64,000 nucleotides of DNA from a virus (lineage: Duplodnaviria; Caudoviricetes), in the IMG/VR virus record IMGVR_UViG_3300014204_000124, positions 32,001-96,000 of that record; one strand, 5' to 3'. Within the stretch, counting starts at the first letter, position 1. Each line of letters starts with the position of its first letter. The translations under genes were made by a program, and so were the position numbers. Below are positions 18,414-27,398 of this stretch, one piece after another. The notes under the pieces are model-generated. The model was not told where the DNA came from. It saw only the letters and a list, made by a program, of their open reading frames with translations, and did no database searches.

Positions 18414-18923
18414 ATGAAAGGGTTGACAGTGATACAGCCGTGGGCATGGCTCATAGCGAACGGGAAGAAGCTGATTGAGACGAGGACGTGGTCGACGGAC
18501 TACCGAGGGCCGCTTCTGATTCATGCGGGGAAGAGATTTGGGAGCGAGGAATCGTATGTTTGCCATTGTTTCCGGGGCACCTATATGCGTTCTTCTCCTG
18601 TGCCTGAGAGTCAAAGGGTTCCTGTACCGTATGATCTGGAGCTTGGGGCGGTGGTCGCTGTTGCCGAACTGGCTGGGTGCCGGTTGTTGCGAGAAGATGG
18701 TCTAAGGTCTGCCGCCGGGTTCTTGGGTGTGGAAGGGGAAGTCCCTGAATACGTCGCAAGGTTCTTTCGCCACTACCATGGGTTTCCCCGGCTTTATGCG
18801 TGGGTGTTGAATGATGTTCGGAAGCTGGAGAACCCAGTCGTGTGCCGGGGGTTGCAGAAATTGTGGACGCCATCGGAAGATGTTTTGGCGAGGGTCAACG
18901 AACAGTTGCAGAAAAATTCTTGA
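18414..18923 (+). CDS. ASCH domain protein
   Basis: LTV.QPWA.LI..G.K.IETR.W.T.YRG.LLIHAG; RG.QKLW. Confidence 0.9.
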   Translation: MKGLTVIQPWAWLIANGKKLIETRTWSTDYRGPLLIHAGKRFGSEESYVCHCFRGTYMRSSPVPESQRVPVPYDLELGAVVAVAELAGCRLLREDGLRSAAGFLGVEGEVPEYVARFFRHYHGFPRLYAWVLNDVRKLENPVVCRGLQKLWTPSEDVLARVNEQLQKNS

Positions 18924-18983
18924 CAATCCCGCCCCCTTGATTATACTGTAAGGGAATTGAGGCGATAGAGCCTAACTGACAGC
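18920..18983 (+). promoter_or_regulatory. Repeated promoter-hairpin-TGACAGC element, copy 4
   Basis: TTGACA-N16-TATACTGTAAG; TT(G)AGGC-GATAGA-GCCTAA; TGACAGC. Confidence 0.85.
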
Positions 18984-18993
18984 GAGGGGAACG

Positions 18994-19293
18994 ATGATAA
19001 CTAGAAGCGAGGTGGTCACGTTTTTGAATGTTCTGCGTGAGGACGGAACCCACGTTGAGGAGTTGCAGGATGCGCCGTGCGGTGCCGCTGTTGCGTCTGT
19101 GGGGGGAGGGAGACGTTGGTTGTTTCTCCCTGAGAGGGTAATCGGTGACACGGGGGAGGTTACGGAAGGGTTTTCGTCGGATTTGTGGCCCGTGACAAAT
19201 TGTGGCCACAACCGGCCTGGGTGTAGAAAAGTTGGTTGTCCGGCGGTGGAAGACCAGGAATGGGCTGCCGCTCAAGATGGGGGTGATAAATGA
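18994..19293 (+). CDS. Hypothetical early protein
   Basis: First ORF after the promoter. Confidence 0.6.
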   Translation: MITRSEVVTFLNVLREDGTHVEELQDAPCGAAVASVGGGRRWLFLPERVIGDTGEVTEGFSSDLWPVTNCGHNRPGCRKVGCPAVEDQEWAAAQDGGDK

Positions 19294-19505
19294 GAAGAGA
19301 GCCAGTTATCAGCAGTAATGTGAAGGCCGTAGGGCATGACGCGAAGACCTCAACTCTGGAGGTCGAGTTCAATTCCGGGGCCGTGTATCAGTACACGGGT
19401 GTTCCGAAAGAAGTCTACACGGCGATGGTGGGAGCCCAGAGTGTTGGCAAATACTTCGGGGCGAACGTGAAGGGGGTGTATCCCTTCGTGAAGATCTCCG
19501 GGTAG
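19290..19505 (+). CDS. KTSC domain protein
   Basis: SSN...G.D....LEVEF.SG.VYQY..VP...Y..M..A.SVGKYF...VK. Confidence 0.9.
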   Translation: MRREPVISSNVKAVGHDAKTSTLEVEFNSGAVYQYTGVPKEVYTAMVGAQSVGKYFGANVKGVYPFVKISG

Positions 19506-19513
19506 TCAGTCGA

Positions 19514-19542
19514 GCCCCCGCAAGGGGGCGCAATCGATTTCG
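19514..19542. promoter_or_regulatory. GCAA-tetraloop hairpin overlapping a LacI-type palindrome
   Basis: GCCCCC-GCAA-GGGGGC, then GCGCAATCGATTTCG at 19528-19542. Confidence 0.55.
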
Positions 19543-19552
19543 GGGTGAGTCA

Positions 19553-19906
19553 ATGACTACCAGAGAATCCATGGAGTGTCCGTTCTGCAAAGAGAAGCTG
19601 GTTTTCGTTCGGGTTACGAACGGGGATTGGGGACTGTGTTGCCCGGAGTGTTGCTTCGCACTGCCGACGTTTCGAACTCAGGAAATGGCCGGGGACAAGT
19701 GTTTTGCCTTGTGCGACCAGATCGCTTTGAGGGTAGCTGCGAAGGTAGAGGGAGCGAGAGCGGAGTTGGCCGAAGAGAAGGCGAAGGTGGCTGCGTTGAT
19801 GGACTTGCTTGATGGCAAGACGGTTGATGCGAAGTTCCTTCTCCCAGCACCGCTGAGGTTCGTGGAGATGACATTCGAGCTACCGAAAGATGGAGGCGAA
19901 TTATGA
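19553..19906 (+). CDS. Lar-like Zn-ribbon protein; N-terminus shared with 23299
   Basis: SMECPFCK..LVF...GLCC..C. Confidence 0.55.
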   Translation: MTTRESMECPFCKEKLVFVRVTNGDWGLCCPECCFALPTFRTQEMAGDKCFALCDQIALRVAAKVEGARAELAEEKAKVAALMDLLDGKTVDAKFLLPAPLRFVEMTFELPKDGGEL

Positions 19907-20241
19907 CAGAGTTTGAGGCGAAGCAGGCTGTTGTGGATGTAGTGGGAGAGCCGTGGGCGGTGGAAGACGTGTTGCTGCGTCCGTACGGTAACGGAGGCTG
20001 GGCGATTATGGCGACGCGTCCGCTTCGTATAGTTGTCGTTGGGAGACAAGTTCTGGAGTGTCACGGCCCGGAAGCGGGGCGTCCTGCGGTGGTCGGTGCT
20101 CTTGTCGAGTCTTTGTTGTCGAGCGGGCGTTCGCTGCCGTATGACCGGGTGCTACGGGAGAAGGCCGCAGCATGGGCCGAAGAGAAGGAAGAGTTGGAAG
20201 GGAAGATTCAGGAACTTGAGGAAGCGTTGCGGATAACGTAG
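19903..20241 (+). CDS. Hypothetical protein, paralog of 24441
   Basis: EAKQAVVDVVGEPW vs EARQRVVDFVGPPW. Confidence 0.65.
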   Translation: MTEFEAKQAVVDVVGEPWAVEDVLLRPYGNGGWAIMATRPLRIVVVGRQVLECHGPEAGRPAVVGALVESLLSSGRSLPYDRVLREKAAAWAEEKEELEGKIQELEEALRIT

Positions 20242-20252
20242 GGGGTGGCAAT

Positions 20253-20858
20253 GTGCAAGGAAAGCAAGTTCAACTTGGTTGGTGGCTAAACCAGATGAGA
20301 CGCGCCTTGAGAGGGGAAGGAGACTACAAGATTACGCAAGAGCAAGAAAGACGTTTGACGGCTTTAGGAGCACGTCTTTGCCGTAATTTTGTACGAGGCG
20401 AAGAGATGTTTCAAAAAACAATCACAGAGTTGCAAGATTTCAAGTCAGAACATGGGCATTTAGAAGTTCCTGACTCTACCAAATTGGGAGCACGGCTTAC
20501 CAGAATTAGAATGGACATTAGGAGAGGCAAGACAATAGCTGGCGGGAATACGCTTTCGCCCGAGCAGGTACTTTGCCTGCGGGATATGGGAGTGCGCCTG
20601 GAACTGAGAAATGGAAGAGGGGGAGAATGGTTTGAGAAGCGTTTTCAGGAGTTGGTGGAATTTAAGTTAGCGCATGGTGGAAATTTGCCGAATGGAGCGG
20701 ATAAAGCCTTGCGGCACTGGGTTTACATAAGGTCGCAGATGATAAGGGGCAATATCGAATGTACGATGACAGAAGAACAAAAAAGCAGGCTGGTGCAGGC
20801 GGGCGTAGGGGTTACAAAAGACAAAAGCCAGGGAAGCGAGGTGCATCCTTGGGCTTGA
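20253..20858 (+). CDS. Helicase-associated (HA) domain repeat protein
   Basis: L.DFK.EHGHL.VP...LG; F.EL.EFK..HG...L..W...R repeats; start codon uncertain. Confidence 0.7.
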   Translation: MQGKQVQLGWWLNQMRRALRGEGDYKITQEQERRLTALGARLCRNFVRGEEMFQKTITELQDFKSEHGHLEVPDSTKLGARLTRIRMDIRRGKTIAGGNTLSPEQVLCLRDMGVRLELRNGRGGEWFEKRFQELVEFKLAHGGNLPNGADKALRHWVYIRSQMIRGNIECTMTEEQKSRLVQAGVGVTKDKSQGSEVHPWA

Positions 20859-20895
20859 ATAGGTAATGCCGCATGGAGCGGGGGAGGGGTGTGAT

Positions 20896-21195
20896 ATGAG
20901 AAAAGCGCACGAGGTTGTTCCGAGACCGGATATGACGCAGTATCTTTACTTCTTTGAGAATGGGTACGGTGCTTCGGTGATTCAGTTCAAGGACGGGCAT
21001 GAAGGGCTTTGGGAGCTTGGGGTTAGGGAGAAGGGGAAGCGTGGGATGTGGTGTCTGACCGATAAATCTCCCATTGGCGACGTGGTGTTTGGAGGGCAGA
21101 CCGAGGCTGAGATTGACGCCTTGCTCGACAGGCTTGAAGCGTTGCCGAAGAGGTTCGGGGCGAAAAGTTCTGTACAGAAAGAGGTGGTAAAATGA
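20896..21195 (+). CDS. Conserved phage hypothetical protein (F.NGYGASV...GL.EL.V)
   Basis: Recognisable phage motif, RBS. Confidence 0.65.
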   Translation: MRKAHEVVPRPDMTQYLYFFENGYGASVIQFKDGHEGLWELGVREKGKRGMWCLTDKSPIGDVVFGGQTEAEIDALLDRLEALPKRFGAKSSVQKEVVK

Positions 21196-21728
21196 GGAAG
21201 CGAGGTAAGCCGAGACCGTTCGACGACGTTGGTGGAAAGTTCGACACGACGCCGAAGCGTGAGAGTTGTCTGCCGACTGTCGAGCCTGTACTGGTTGGGC
21301 ACAAAGGCGACCTAACCATTCACGGTCCGCTTGTTTTCCAGACCCCTATTGGTAGACGGAACAACACAAAGGAGCTTTTCGCAAAAGTGATGGCTGAAGG
21401 AGGATTCGCAGCGGCTGCGGTGAGTGTTCCTCCGATGGAAGGCCCTCCGATTGGTTTTACGTTGATGCTTCAAGCCAATAGGGGAGAATCTCGACGGTTG
21501 CATTTGGACTGGTACGGGCTGTGCCGGACGTGCGCCAATTGGGGCGATAAGGTGGGAGCATGGAAGCGTGGGAGCCTGGACGTGTATGTGTGCGGGTGTT
21601 CCGAGTCTGAGCTTTCCGGGCAGCATACCACGTCTTCCGGGCTTTGCCCGAAGTGGGAGTCATTCGACCCGGAAGTGGAGAGCGAGTTAAAGGCCGAATG
21701 GGATCGTGGCGAGAACCCAGGGGAGTAG
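21192..21728 (+). CDS. Hypothetical protein with Cys cluster
   Basis: GAGG RBS; CRTCANW...C...C..W. Confidence 0.6.
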   Translation: MRKRGKPRPFDDVGGKFDTTPKRESCLPTVEPVLVGHKGDLTIHGPLVFQTPIGRRNNTKELFAKVMAEGGFAAAAVSVPPMEGPPIGFTLMLQANRGESRRLHLDWYGLCRTCANWGDKVGAWKRGSLDVYVCGCSESELSGQHTTSSGLCPKWESFDPEVESELKAEWDRGENPGE

Positions 21729-21731
21729 GTG

Positions 21732-22127
21732 ATGAGGAAGAAGACTGTTCCGAAAAACAATGTCAACAAAGCGTGTGCTTGGGCTGGGATTAGGAGGGTT
21801 CGTCGTAACCTGGACGAGTTTGAAGCGTCGGCATTTGAGACAGATGTCCACCCTTCGCTAGACCTGTCTAGGTGGTCTTGGGAAGGGACGTGCCTGACGT
21901 TCCGGGTTGATGAACGGTCGGTGTTATATTTCTTGTTTGACGGGCCTTCGAAGATGGCTTCCATATTCCAGGTGACTTTGTCGTCTGTTCTGGCTGACGG
22001 CGATGTCATGAATATCGTCTTGTCGGATTTCCCAGGTGGTGATGTCGTTGCACGGGCCTTGTTTGGTGACACGGACGCCTGCGACGGCGTTATTACCGCC
22101 TTGAGCTGGAGGCGGAGACATGAGTAA
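21732..22127 (+). CDS. Hypothetical protein
   Basis: Packed ORF. Confidence 0.55.
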   Translation: MRKKTVPKNNVNKACAWAGIRRVRRNLDEFEASAFETDVHPSLDLSRWSWEGTCLTFRVDERSVLYFLFDGPSKMASIFQVTLSSVLADGDVMNIVLSDFPGGDVVARALFGDTDACDGVITALSWRRRHE

Positions 22128-22416
22128 GGTCTTGTGTTGCTACGAGAGTGAGATAGGTGACCCTGCTGCCTGGAAGGAAGTTGGCGACGTTGACGAAGAC
22201 TGTTCGGAGCGGTGGGCAGTTTCAGATTTCTGCGCAGAGGAGCTGATACGCAGGAACATAGCGGAATGGAAGTTCGACTCGGTGGTGGCCGTGTCTTTGG
22301 ACGGCGGGCAGACGTGGGCGAAGTTCGATTGTTATTACACAGAGGAATGTTGCCCAGACTATAGTGACTGCTGGTGGGCGCTTGAGGCGGAGCGGGTGGC
22401 CGAGAATCGTCCTTGA
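22120..22416 (+). CDS. Hypothetical acidic protein
   Basis: GGAG RBS. Confidence 0.6.
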   Translation: MSKVLCCYESEIGDPAAWKEVGDVDEDCSERWAVSDFCAEELIRRNIAEWKFDSVVAVSLDGGQTWAKFDCYYTEECCPDYSDCWWALEAERVAENRP

Positions 22417-22440
22417 CTTCGCCCCTGATTGTGCTATAAC
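22413..22440 (+). promoter_or_regulatory. Sigma70-like promoter with extended -10
   Basis: TTGACT-N16-TATAAC with TGn. Confidence 0.65.
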
Positions 22441-22464
22441 GCCATGGACGGCAAGGAGGCTGCA

Positions 22465-22668
22465 ATGGACGGGTTGGTGGGCAAGAAGGGCGACAATCTG
22501 TTGAATGGCCGGTGCATCCTGGTCATGCCCGGTGGGGTGACGCTCGTCATCGGGCAGGTCCAGTATATTGGTGGGCAAGCGGTAGAGATTGCAGACGCTT
22601 GCCCGGCTCAGTTGTTCAAGTTCCAACTTGACGACAAGCGGACCTTTGACTTGAAGGTAAAGGAATGA
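22465..22668 (+). CDS. Hypothetical protein
   Basis: AAGGAGG RBS. Confidence 0.6.
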   Translation: MDGLVGKKGDNLLNGRCILVMPGGVTLVIGQVQYIGGQAVEIADACPAQLFKFQLDDKRTFDLKVKE

Positions 22669-22931
22669 AGTACGTTGTGCGCCTTCCCCTTGAAGTGGAG
22701 GCCATGCAGCTTCGGGCTGATTCGCCGGAAGACGAAGTGAAAGCCTTTATTGGCAGCGAGCGTTTCCGAGGGTTCGTCCACGACGAGAATGGGATCAAAG
22801 AAGTCATTGTCTGGATAACCTCTGGGTTCGTTATCGGTGTCAGACCTTCTATGTTTTTGGTGAAGGATGGCCGCGGCGTGACGGTGTACGAGTGGGCAGA
22901 ATTCGACCGCTTGTACAAGGAGAAGCTATGA
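22665..22931 (+). CDS. Conserved phage hypothetical protein (P.EVEA.Q...F...Y)
   Basis: ATGA overlap. Confidence 0.6.
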   Translation: MKYVVRLPLEVEAMQLRADSPEDEVKAFIGSERFRGFVHDENGIKEVIVWITSGFVIGVRPSMFLVKDGRGVTVYEWAEFDRLYKEKL

Positions 22932-23302
22932 ACAAGGTAACGGGATTGGTAGTGAGGTTCTTCGGGCTGCCTGCTTCGGCTGTACGGGAACCGCTTTGCC
23001 ATTGGCTCCACGCATTTGGTCCCAGTACGGCCAGATATTTAACGATGGCTGCGAAATGGGAAGGGTTTGGAACTAGCTTGATAATACAGACTAGGCCCAA
23101 AGGGGCTGTGGCCCGGTTCTTTTTGCAGATGAAAGACACGGCGAACTGGAGCGAACCGTGGCCTGTGATCAAGGCGAAATTCGAGTCTGGGCAGTATACC
23201 GGGTACAAGTTGGTGGAGTTCGACCCGGCGTTTGACAAAGAGAAGCGGTTGACGGCGATAGCGATTCTGATTGAGCACTTGTGCAAGGGGAGGGCAACAT
23301 GA
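22928..23302 (+). CDS. Hypothetical protein
   Basis: AAGGAG RBS. Confidence 0.6.
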   Translation: MNKVTGLVVRFFGLPASAVREPLCHWLHAFGPSTARYLTMAAKWEGFGTSLIIQTRPKGAVARFFLQMKDTANWSEPWPVIKAKFESGQYTGYKLVEFDPAFDKEKRLTAIAILIEHLCKGRAT

Positions 23303-23532
23303 TGGTTCCTGGAAGGTCTATGGAGTGTCCATTCTGTAAGGGGGAACTTGTTTTCGCCAAGGCCGGGGCTGGGGTTGGCCTTTGCTGTCTCGGGTGCGGA
23401 CTCGTAAAGCCATTGATTGAAGAGTACGAGCGGTTGAGGAACGAGGTGGGGAGCGTGAGGGGGCTTCTTGGGGCGTCTGCTTTGCCGACTGCTGCGTGGG
23501 CGGAGCGGGTGGCCGAGAATCCAGGAGAATAG
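23299..23532 (+). CDS. Mosaic Zn-ribbon protein
   Basis: N-terminus like 19553, C-terminus like 22120 and 21192. Confidence 0.55.
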   Translation: MMVPGRSMECPFCKGELVFAKAGAGVGLCCLGCGLVKPLIEEYERLRNEVGSVRGLLGASALPTAAWAERVAENPGE

Positions 23533-23537
23533 GTGTC

Positions 23538-24014
23538 ATGATGGATTTAAGAATGTCTTTGGGAGATGTCATTGAAAGGTTTCGTCTGGCGAACGGATTG
23601 CCCTCGATTGCTTCATGGGCTCGGGATGGCCAGGGATGGGTGACGCTGCGAATTGGTCGGATGACCCTCACAATGGGCAATGAGCAAAGATGGCACGCAA
23701 GGAGTTGGGGAGGGATCGCCGACAGTCCGTCTGGAACTCTCCAGGATGCCGTGGAGTGGCTGAAGGCACATGGCTTGGACGTACGTCCCGAGCCAGAACG
23801 GTTCGGGTTGATTGGCTCGAAAACGAATGTCTCCGAGCATGGAGGGATAAGTTGGAGTTGGCGTGGGCAGGATGTTCAGTTGCACTACTACCCGTTGGCT
23901 CCAAAGCCGTGGTCTGTTGTTTGGGATTTTGGCGAACAAGAGAACGATTTTGTTTCTTGTTCTGAGGCATGCAAATGGATGATCTCCACCAAATCGGGAG
24001 TATGGTGTCGATGA
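23538..24014 (+). CDS. Hypothetical protein
   Basis: Packed ORF. Confidence 0.55.
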   Translation: MMDLRMSLGDVIERFRLANGLPSIASWARDGQGWVTLRIGRMTLTMGNEQRWHARSWGGIADSPSGTLQDAVEWLKAHGLDVRPEPERFGLIGSKTNVSEHGGISWSWRGQDVQLHYYPLAPKPWSVVWDFGEQENDFVSCSEACKWMISTKSGVWCR

Positions 24015-24436
24015 ACAACAAGTTTAGATATAGATTATCAGAACATGCACAAAGCAACGTCGAGAGATGTCGGTGTGGCGGTGAGTGCATTGTTCGTGAC
24101 AGCACGGCGTTTTGCGATACCGGGAAACGGTATGATGGTTTCGAGTGCAACAGCCGGGACTTTGGGTCTGGCTATTGGTACCGTTCGCCGGAATGCGACA
24201 TGAGGTACATCGCGAAACTAGAGTACGAGAATAAATCTCTTATTGAGCAATCGGAGAAAGCCTTGGCTGAAGTTTCCAGACTACGAGTCGCGCTTGCTGA
24301 GGCGTATGAAGCGGTGCATGAGCATTGCGGCATGATGGCAATTGATCCTGGCCCGACCTATGGGTGGGTGAAGGTAGAGTGTAAGGACTGTCAGAGAACA
24401 CAGTGTGTTGTGCAACGATATCCGTTGGAGGTTTGA
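24011..24436 (+). CDS. Hypothetical Cys-containing protein
   Basis: ATGA overlap. Confidence 0.55.
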   Translation: MNNKFRYRLSEHAQSNVERCRCGGECIVRDSTAFCDTGKRYDGFECNSRDFGSGYWYRSPECDMRYIAKLEYENKSLIEQSEKALAEVSRLRVALAEAYEAVHEHCGMMAIDPGPTYGWVKVECKDCQRTQCVVQRYPLEV

Positions 24437-24440
24437 CGAG

Positions 24441-24821
24441 ATGAAGGACGTTATGACCATAGAAGAGGCGAGACAGCGGGTAGTGGACTTCGTCGGTCCG
24501 CCGTGGACGCCGGATGATGTGATCATTGGTGAGACGGGCACAAAGGGGTTCTTCTTTGCAAAAACGAGAGTTCCCGACGTTTCCGTATCGAGCAGAGGGA
24601 TTCAAGACTTCCACGGGCGGGAAGTGACGAAGGGATATGTTGCTTCTCGGCTGGTCGAGGCTCTATACAAGGCGGGGCAGATACTCCCGTGGGAGCGTGA
24701 GCTTGCCGGGTCGGAACATAGCCGGGAGACACTGTTCGAGGTATGCCATTCGCAGGAGAAGAAACTCGATAGCCTGGAGAGGCAAGTCGAGGAGTTGAAG
24801 GCATTGGCCGGAGGAGGATGA
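24441..24821 (+). CDS. Hypothetical protein, paralog of 19903
   Basis: GGAGG RBS; visible alignment with 19903. Confidence 0.65.
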   Translation: MKDVMTIEEARQRVVDFVGPPWTPDDVIIGETGTKGFFFAKTRVPDVSVSSRGIQDFHGREVTKGYVASRLVEALYKAGQILPWERELAGSEHSRETLFEVCHSQEKKLDSLERQVEELKALAGGG

Positions 24822-25252
24822 TGATGAATAGGTTCGATGTTGTAGCCGAGAAGTTCGAGGCGTTGTGTCGGCAGTACGCCATGCCTGTTCCGAGGGTCGT
24901 GCCGTCGTTGGCGACTGACCCGTGCGACTTCACGTCGGCAGAAGAGGTTCGGTTGAACGTGGAAGCTGCTGGGGAGATTGACGCTGACTACCATGCGAGG
25001 CATGTGTTCGGGCATTACCTATGTGATCTCCACTGTTCGGAGCCGAGCGGGAATCAGGATTGGGCAGACCCGATTGCCGATCTGATAGCGCAGTGGACGA
25101 CGAGCCATGATTCGATGGTCCGTTTGACCAGAGTATTCGAAGGGGCACGGTCATGTTCATCATCGGGAAGCATTGTAAGGATGTCCCTGGTGCAACCGAT
25201 GTCAGAAGGGGCGAATTTGGCATTTTGGCATGAGGGAAAGGAAGATGATTGA
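24818..25252 (+). CDS. Hypothetical protein with His cluster
   Basis: GGAGGA RBS; HARHVFGH. Confidence 0.55.
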   Translation: MMMNRFDVVAEKFEALCRQYAMPVPRVVPSLATDPCDFTSAEEVRLNVEAAGEIDADYHARHVFGHYLCDLHCSEPSGNQDWADPIADLIAQWTTSHDSMVRLTRVFEGARSCSSSGSIVRMSLVQPMSEGANLAFWHEGKEDD

Positions 25253-25574
25253 GGTAGGTCAGAAGCTATGGTTCGTGCCGTACGAGCCGCACAGGAATCC
25301 ACCGTTTGAGGTGGAGGTGGTCAAGGTCGGAAGGCGGTATGTCACGGTGAGTCGGTGGGAAGGCGACACCAACTTATTGAAACTGGAGAAGGATTCTCTC
25401 AGGCAGGCAGGTAGTGCCGGAAGCAAGGCATACGTGAGCAGGGGCGCGTATGATGATTGGGTTGCCTGCGAGCGTGCGTGGAGTATGTTGCGGGAAGCGG
25501 TATGCTGGTCAAGACCAGAGAGTGTTACGATGGACCGGATCATGGGAGCTTTGGCCTTGCTTCGGGGTGAATAA
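25245..25574 (+). CDS. Hypothetical phage protein with SH3-like N-terminus
   Basis: EVGQKLW...VVKVGRRY motif. Confidence 0.6.
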   Translation: MIEVGQKLWFVPYEPHRNPPFEVEVVKVGRRYVTVSRWEGDTNLLKLEKDSLRQAGSAGSKAYVSRGAYDDWVACERAWSMLREAVCWSRPESVTMDRIMGALALLRGE

Positions 25575-25807
25575 TGGGAGCCATGAGGGTGCGTGGGAGA
25601 AGATTCGTTGTGTGTGACACTGCCGGGATGTTCCGGGGGTGTGCCAAATGTGAGTTTTCTGCTCCTCAATGGAAGGAGGCATTCTGGGCTCCTCCGAATA
25701 GGGCATATGATGTTTGGCATTCAGGGAGGATGCAGTGCCCGTTTGGGCGAGAGATTGGATGTTATCTAGCTGTCAGGCTTTTCGAAGTCTCAGAAATAAA
25801 TTCTTGA
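25574..25807 (+). CDS. Hypothetical Cys-containing protein
   Basis: TAATG overlap. Confidence 0.5.
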   Translation: MGAMRVRGRRFVVCDTAGMFRGCAKCEFSAPQWKEAFWAPPNRAYDVWHSGRMQCPFGREIGCYLAVRLFEVSEINS

Positions 25808-25866
25808 CATTATCCGCAGTCCGATTATGCTGTAAGGGTCCAGCAGAGGAACTGGGCATTGACAGC
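25804..25866 (+). promoter_or_regulatory. Repeated promoter-hairpin-TGACAGC element, copy 5 (near-identical to copy 2)
   Basis: About 85-bp direct repeat with 11388-11474; 1 substitution and 2 single-base indels. Confidence 0.9.
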
Positions 25867-25880
25867 TAATGGGGGACGAG

Positions 25881-26612
25881 ATGGCTATTAGAGTTATGGT
25901 CCGCTTTGAAAGCGACGCGGAAGCATTGGCTTCCGGTCGAGACATCAAAATAGTGAGGGACCATCACTTACACCGGGAGGGAGTGCGCCATGCTGCGGAT
26001 TGCCCGTGGTTCAAAAGCGGTCGTCCGGACGGGGAAGATAAGGAGTTGACGAAGGAATGTACGCGGTGCGAAAAGGTCGGCCCGTTGTATATGGAGACAA
26101 CGCACAAGGGGCTGGTTGTGGCGACGGGTGAGCACAACCACCGCGACGATTCTGATTTTTATGCAATCATTTGGAGCACTTCAAAGGGGTGCCCCGTTGA
26201 AATAACATACGCCACTACACGGGCATGGACATACCCGAATTCGGCCTGTGTCGATGCTCCGCCGGAGATCATGGCCGCATTCAACGAGTGGAAACTGGAG
26301 GAGTATGAGGGGAGACGCCGAGCGGCGGATATAGCGCAGGCGCAAGTGGCCCTAAAGGGCCGCAAGGTGAGGGTTAAGGGAGGGAAGTGGGCGGGGCGTT
26401 CCGGGATTGTCTTTTACAGGGAGGAGCGAAAATCCAAGTATGGAACTTGGAGCTATGGATTCCGCCTTGGGATATCCCCGTCCGGCGTACGGGATTCTTC
26501 CGGGTACTTGGATGCTATTTGGGTGGACGAAAAACTGGTGGAGGTTGAGTGGCAACTATATCTGAAGGACGCGGTCAGTGCGGAGTTGCTTCTCGAATCT
26601 GTAGGAGAGTAA
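25881..26612 (+). CDS. Conserved phage hypothetical protein (DDSDFYA..W...YATTR.W), KOW-like C-terminus
   Basis: First ORF after the promoter. Confidence 0.65.
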   Translation: MAIRVMVRFESDAEALASGRDIKIVRDHHLHREGVRHAADCPWFKSGRPDGEDKELTKECTRCEKVGPLYMETTHKGLVVATGEHNHRDDSDFYAIIWSTSKGCPVEITYATTRAWTYPNSACVDAPPEIMAAFNEWKLEEYEGRRRAADIAQAQVALKGRKVRVKGGKWAGRSGIVFYREERKSKYGTWSYGFRLGISPSGVRDSSGYLDAIWVDEKLVEVEWQLYLKDAVSAELLLESVGE

Positions 26613-26613
26613 T

Positions 26614-26826
26614 ATGACATTCGATGCTGTATTGTCAGAAGTTGAGGCCAGGGCGTTGCAGGCGAGAGTTTACTTCGAAAGCCGTGATTGGGAGCGGGCC
26701 GGAGACAGGGAAGGTCACGCTGCCGCTATGGCCCGGCTTTCTGCGCTGGAATCGCTGCTCAAGTGGATGCTTGAGGAGCTCGACCGCAGCCTGTGCGAGC
26801 AGGCTAAGAGGCAAAATGAAAACTAA
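26614..26826 (+). CDS. Hypothetical protein
   Basis: AGGAG RBS. Confidence 0.6.
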   Translation: MTFDAVLSEVEARALQARVYFESRDWERAGDREGHAAAMARLSALESLLKWMLEELDRSLCEQAKRQNEN

Positions 26827-27118
26827 CCGGGGCAGGGAAAAGGCGGAAGAGCGCATTGCAATGATCCGTCAGATGGCGCGCCTTGTCGCAGACAATCATG
26901 TGGCTCAGGCGGAGGTGGCAACTATGTTGGCAGAGTATTATTCGGGCGTGGTCTCCGAGTTAATACGTTCTCATGGGTGGACGGAAGAACGTGTGAAAGA
27001 GGTTTTGAGCAATCCAGAGGTGACGATGTTCGTTGATGGGGCATTCCGGTCCGAGAAGCCGGTCTCGATGGTGGCAATGGGCGTCGTTTCTGTTGAAGAC
27101 AATCTTCTTATGTGCTAG
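26816..27118 (+). CDS. Hypothetical protein
   Basis: GAGG RBS. Confidence 0.55.
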   Translation: MKTNRGREKAEERIAMIRQMARLVADNHVAQAEVATMLAEYYSGVVSELIRSHGWTEERVKEVLSNPEVTMFVDGAFRSEKPVSMVAMGVVSVEDNLLMC

Positions 27119-27127
27119 GGGGATTGT

Positions 27128-27391
27128 ATGTCAGAATTTAGAGACATACAGCGGGGGTGTCCGTATCGTGTCCAGAGCGAGAGACTAGGGAGGCAGCTTT
27201 GGGAATTGCGGCTTGTGGCGGAAGAAGAAGTGGAACAGATCACTCATTTTTGTATTAGGCGTGGTGGGCTAGGGTTTATGGGGGTCGAAGGTGTTGCCGA
27301 ATTTAGTGGATTTGGCCGTTTAGGAGATCCCTGTATGGAGGGCGTGTGTGTGGAGTTGAGGGTAATGAGGGGTGAGGCCGTAAGTATATGA
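27128..27391 (+). CDS. Hypothetical protein
   Basis: RBS, packed ORF. Confidence 0.5.
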   Translation: MSEFRDIQRGCPYRVQSERLGRQLWELRLVAEEEVEQITHFCIRRGGLGFMGVEGVAEFSGFGRLGDPCMEGVCVELRVMRGEAVSI

Positions 27392-27398
27392 GTATAGA

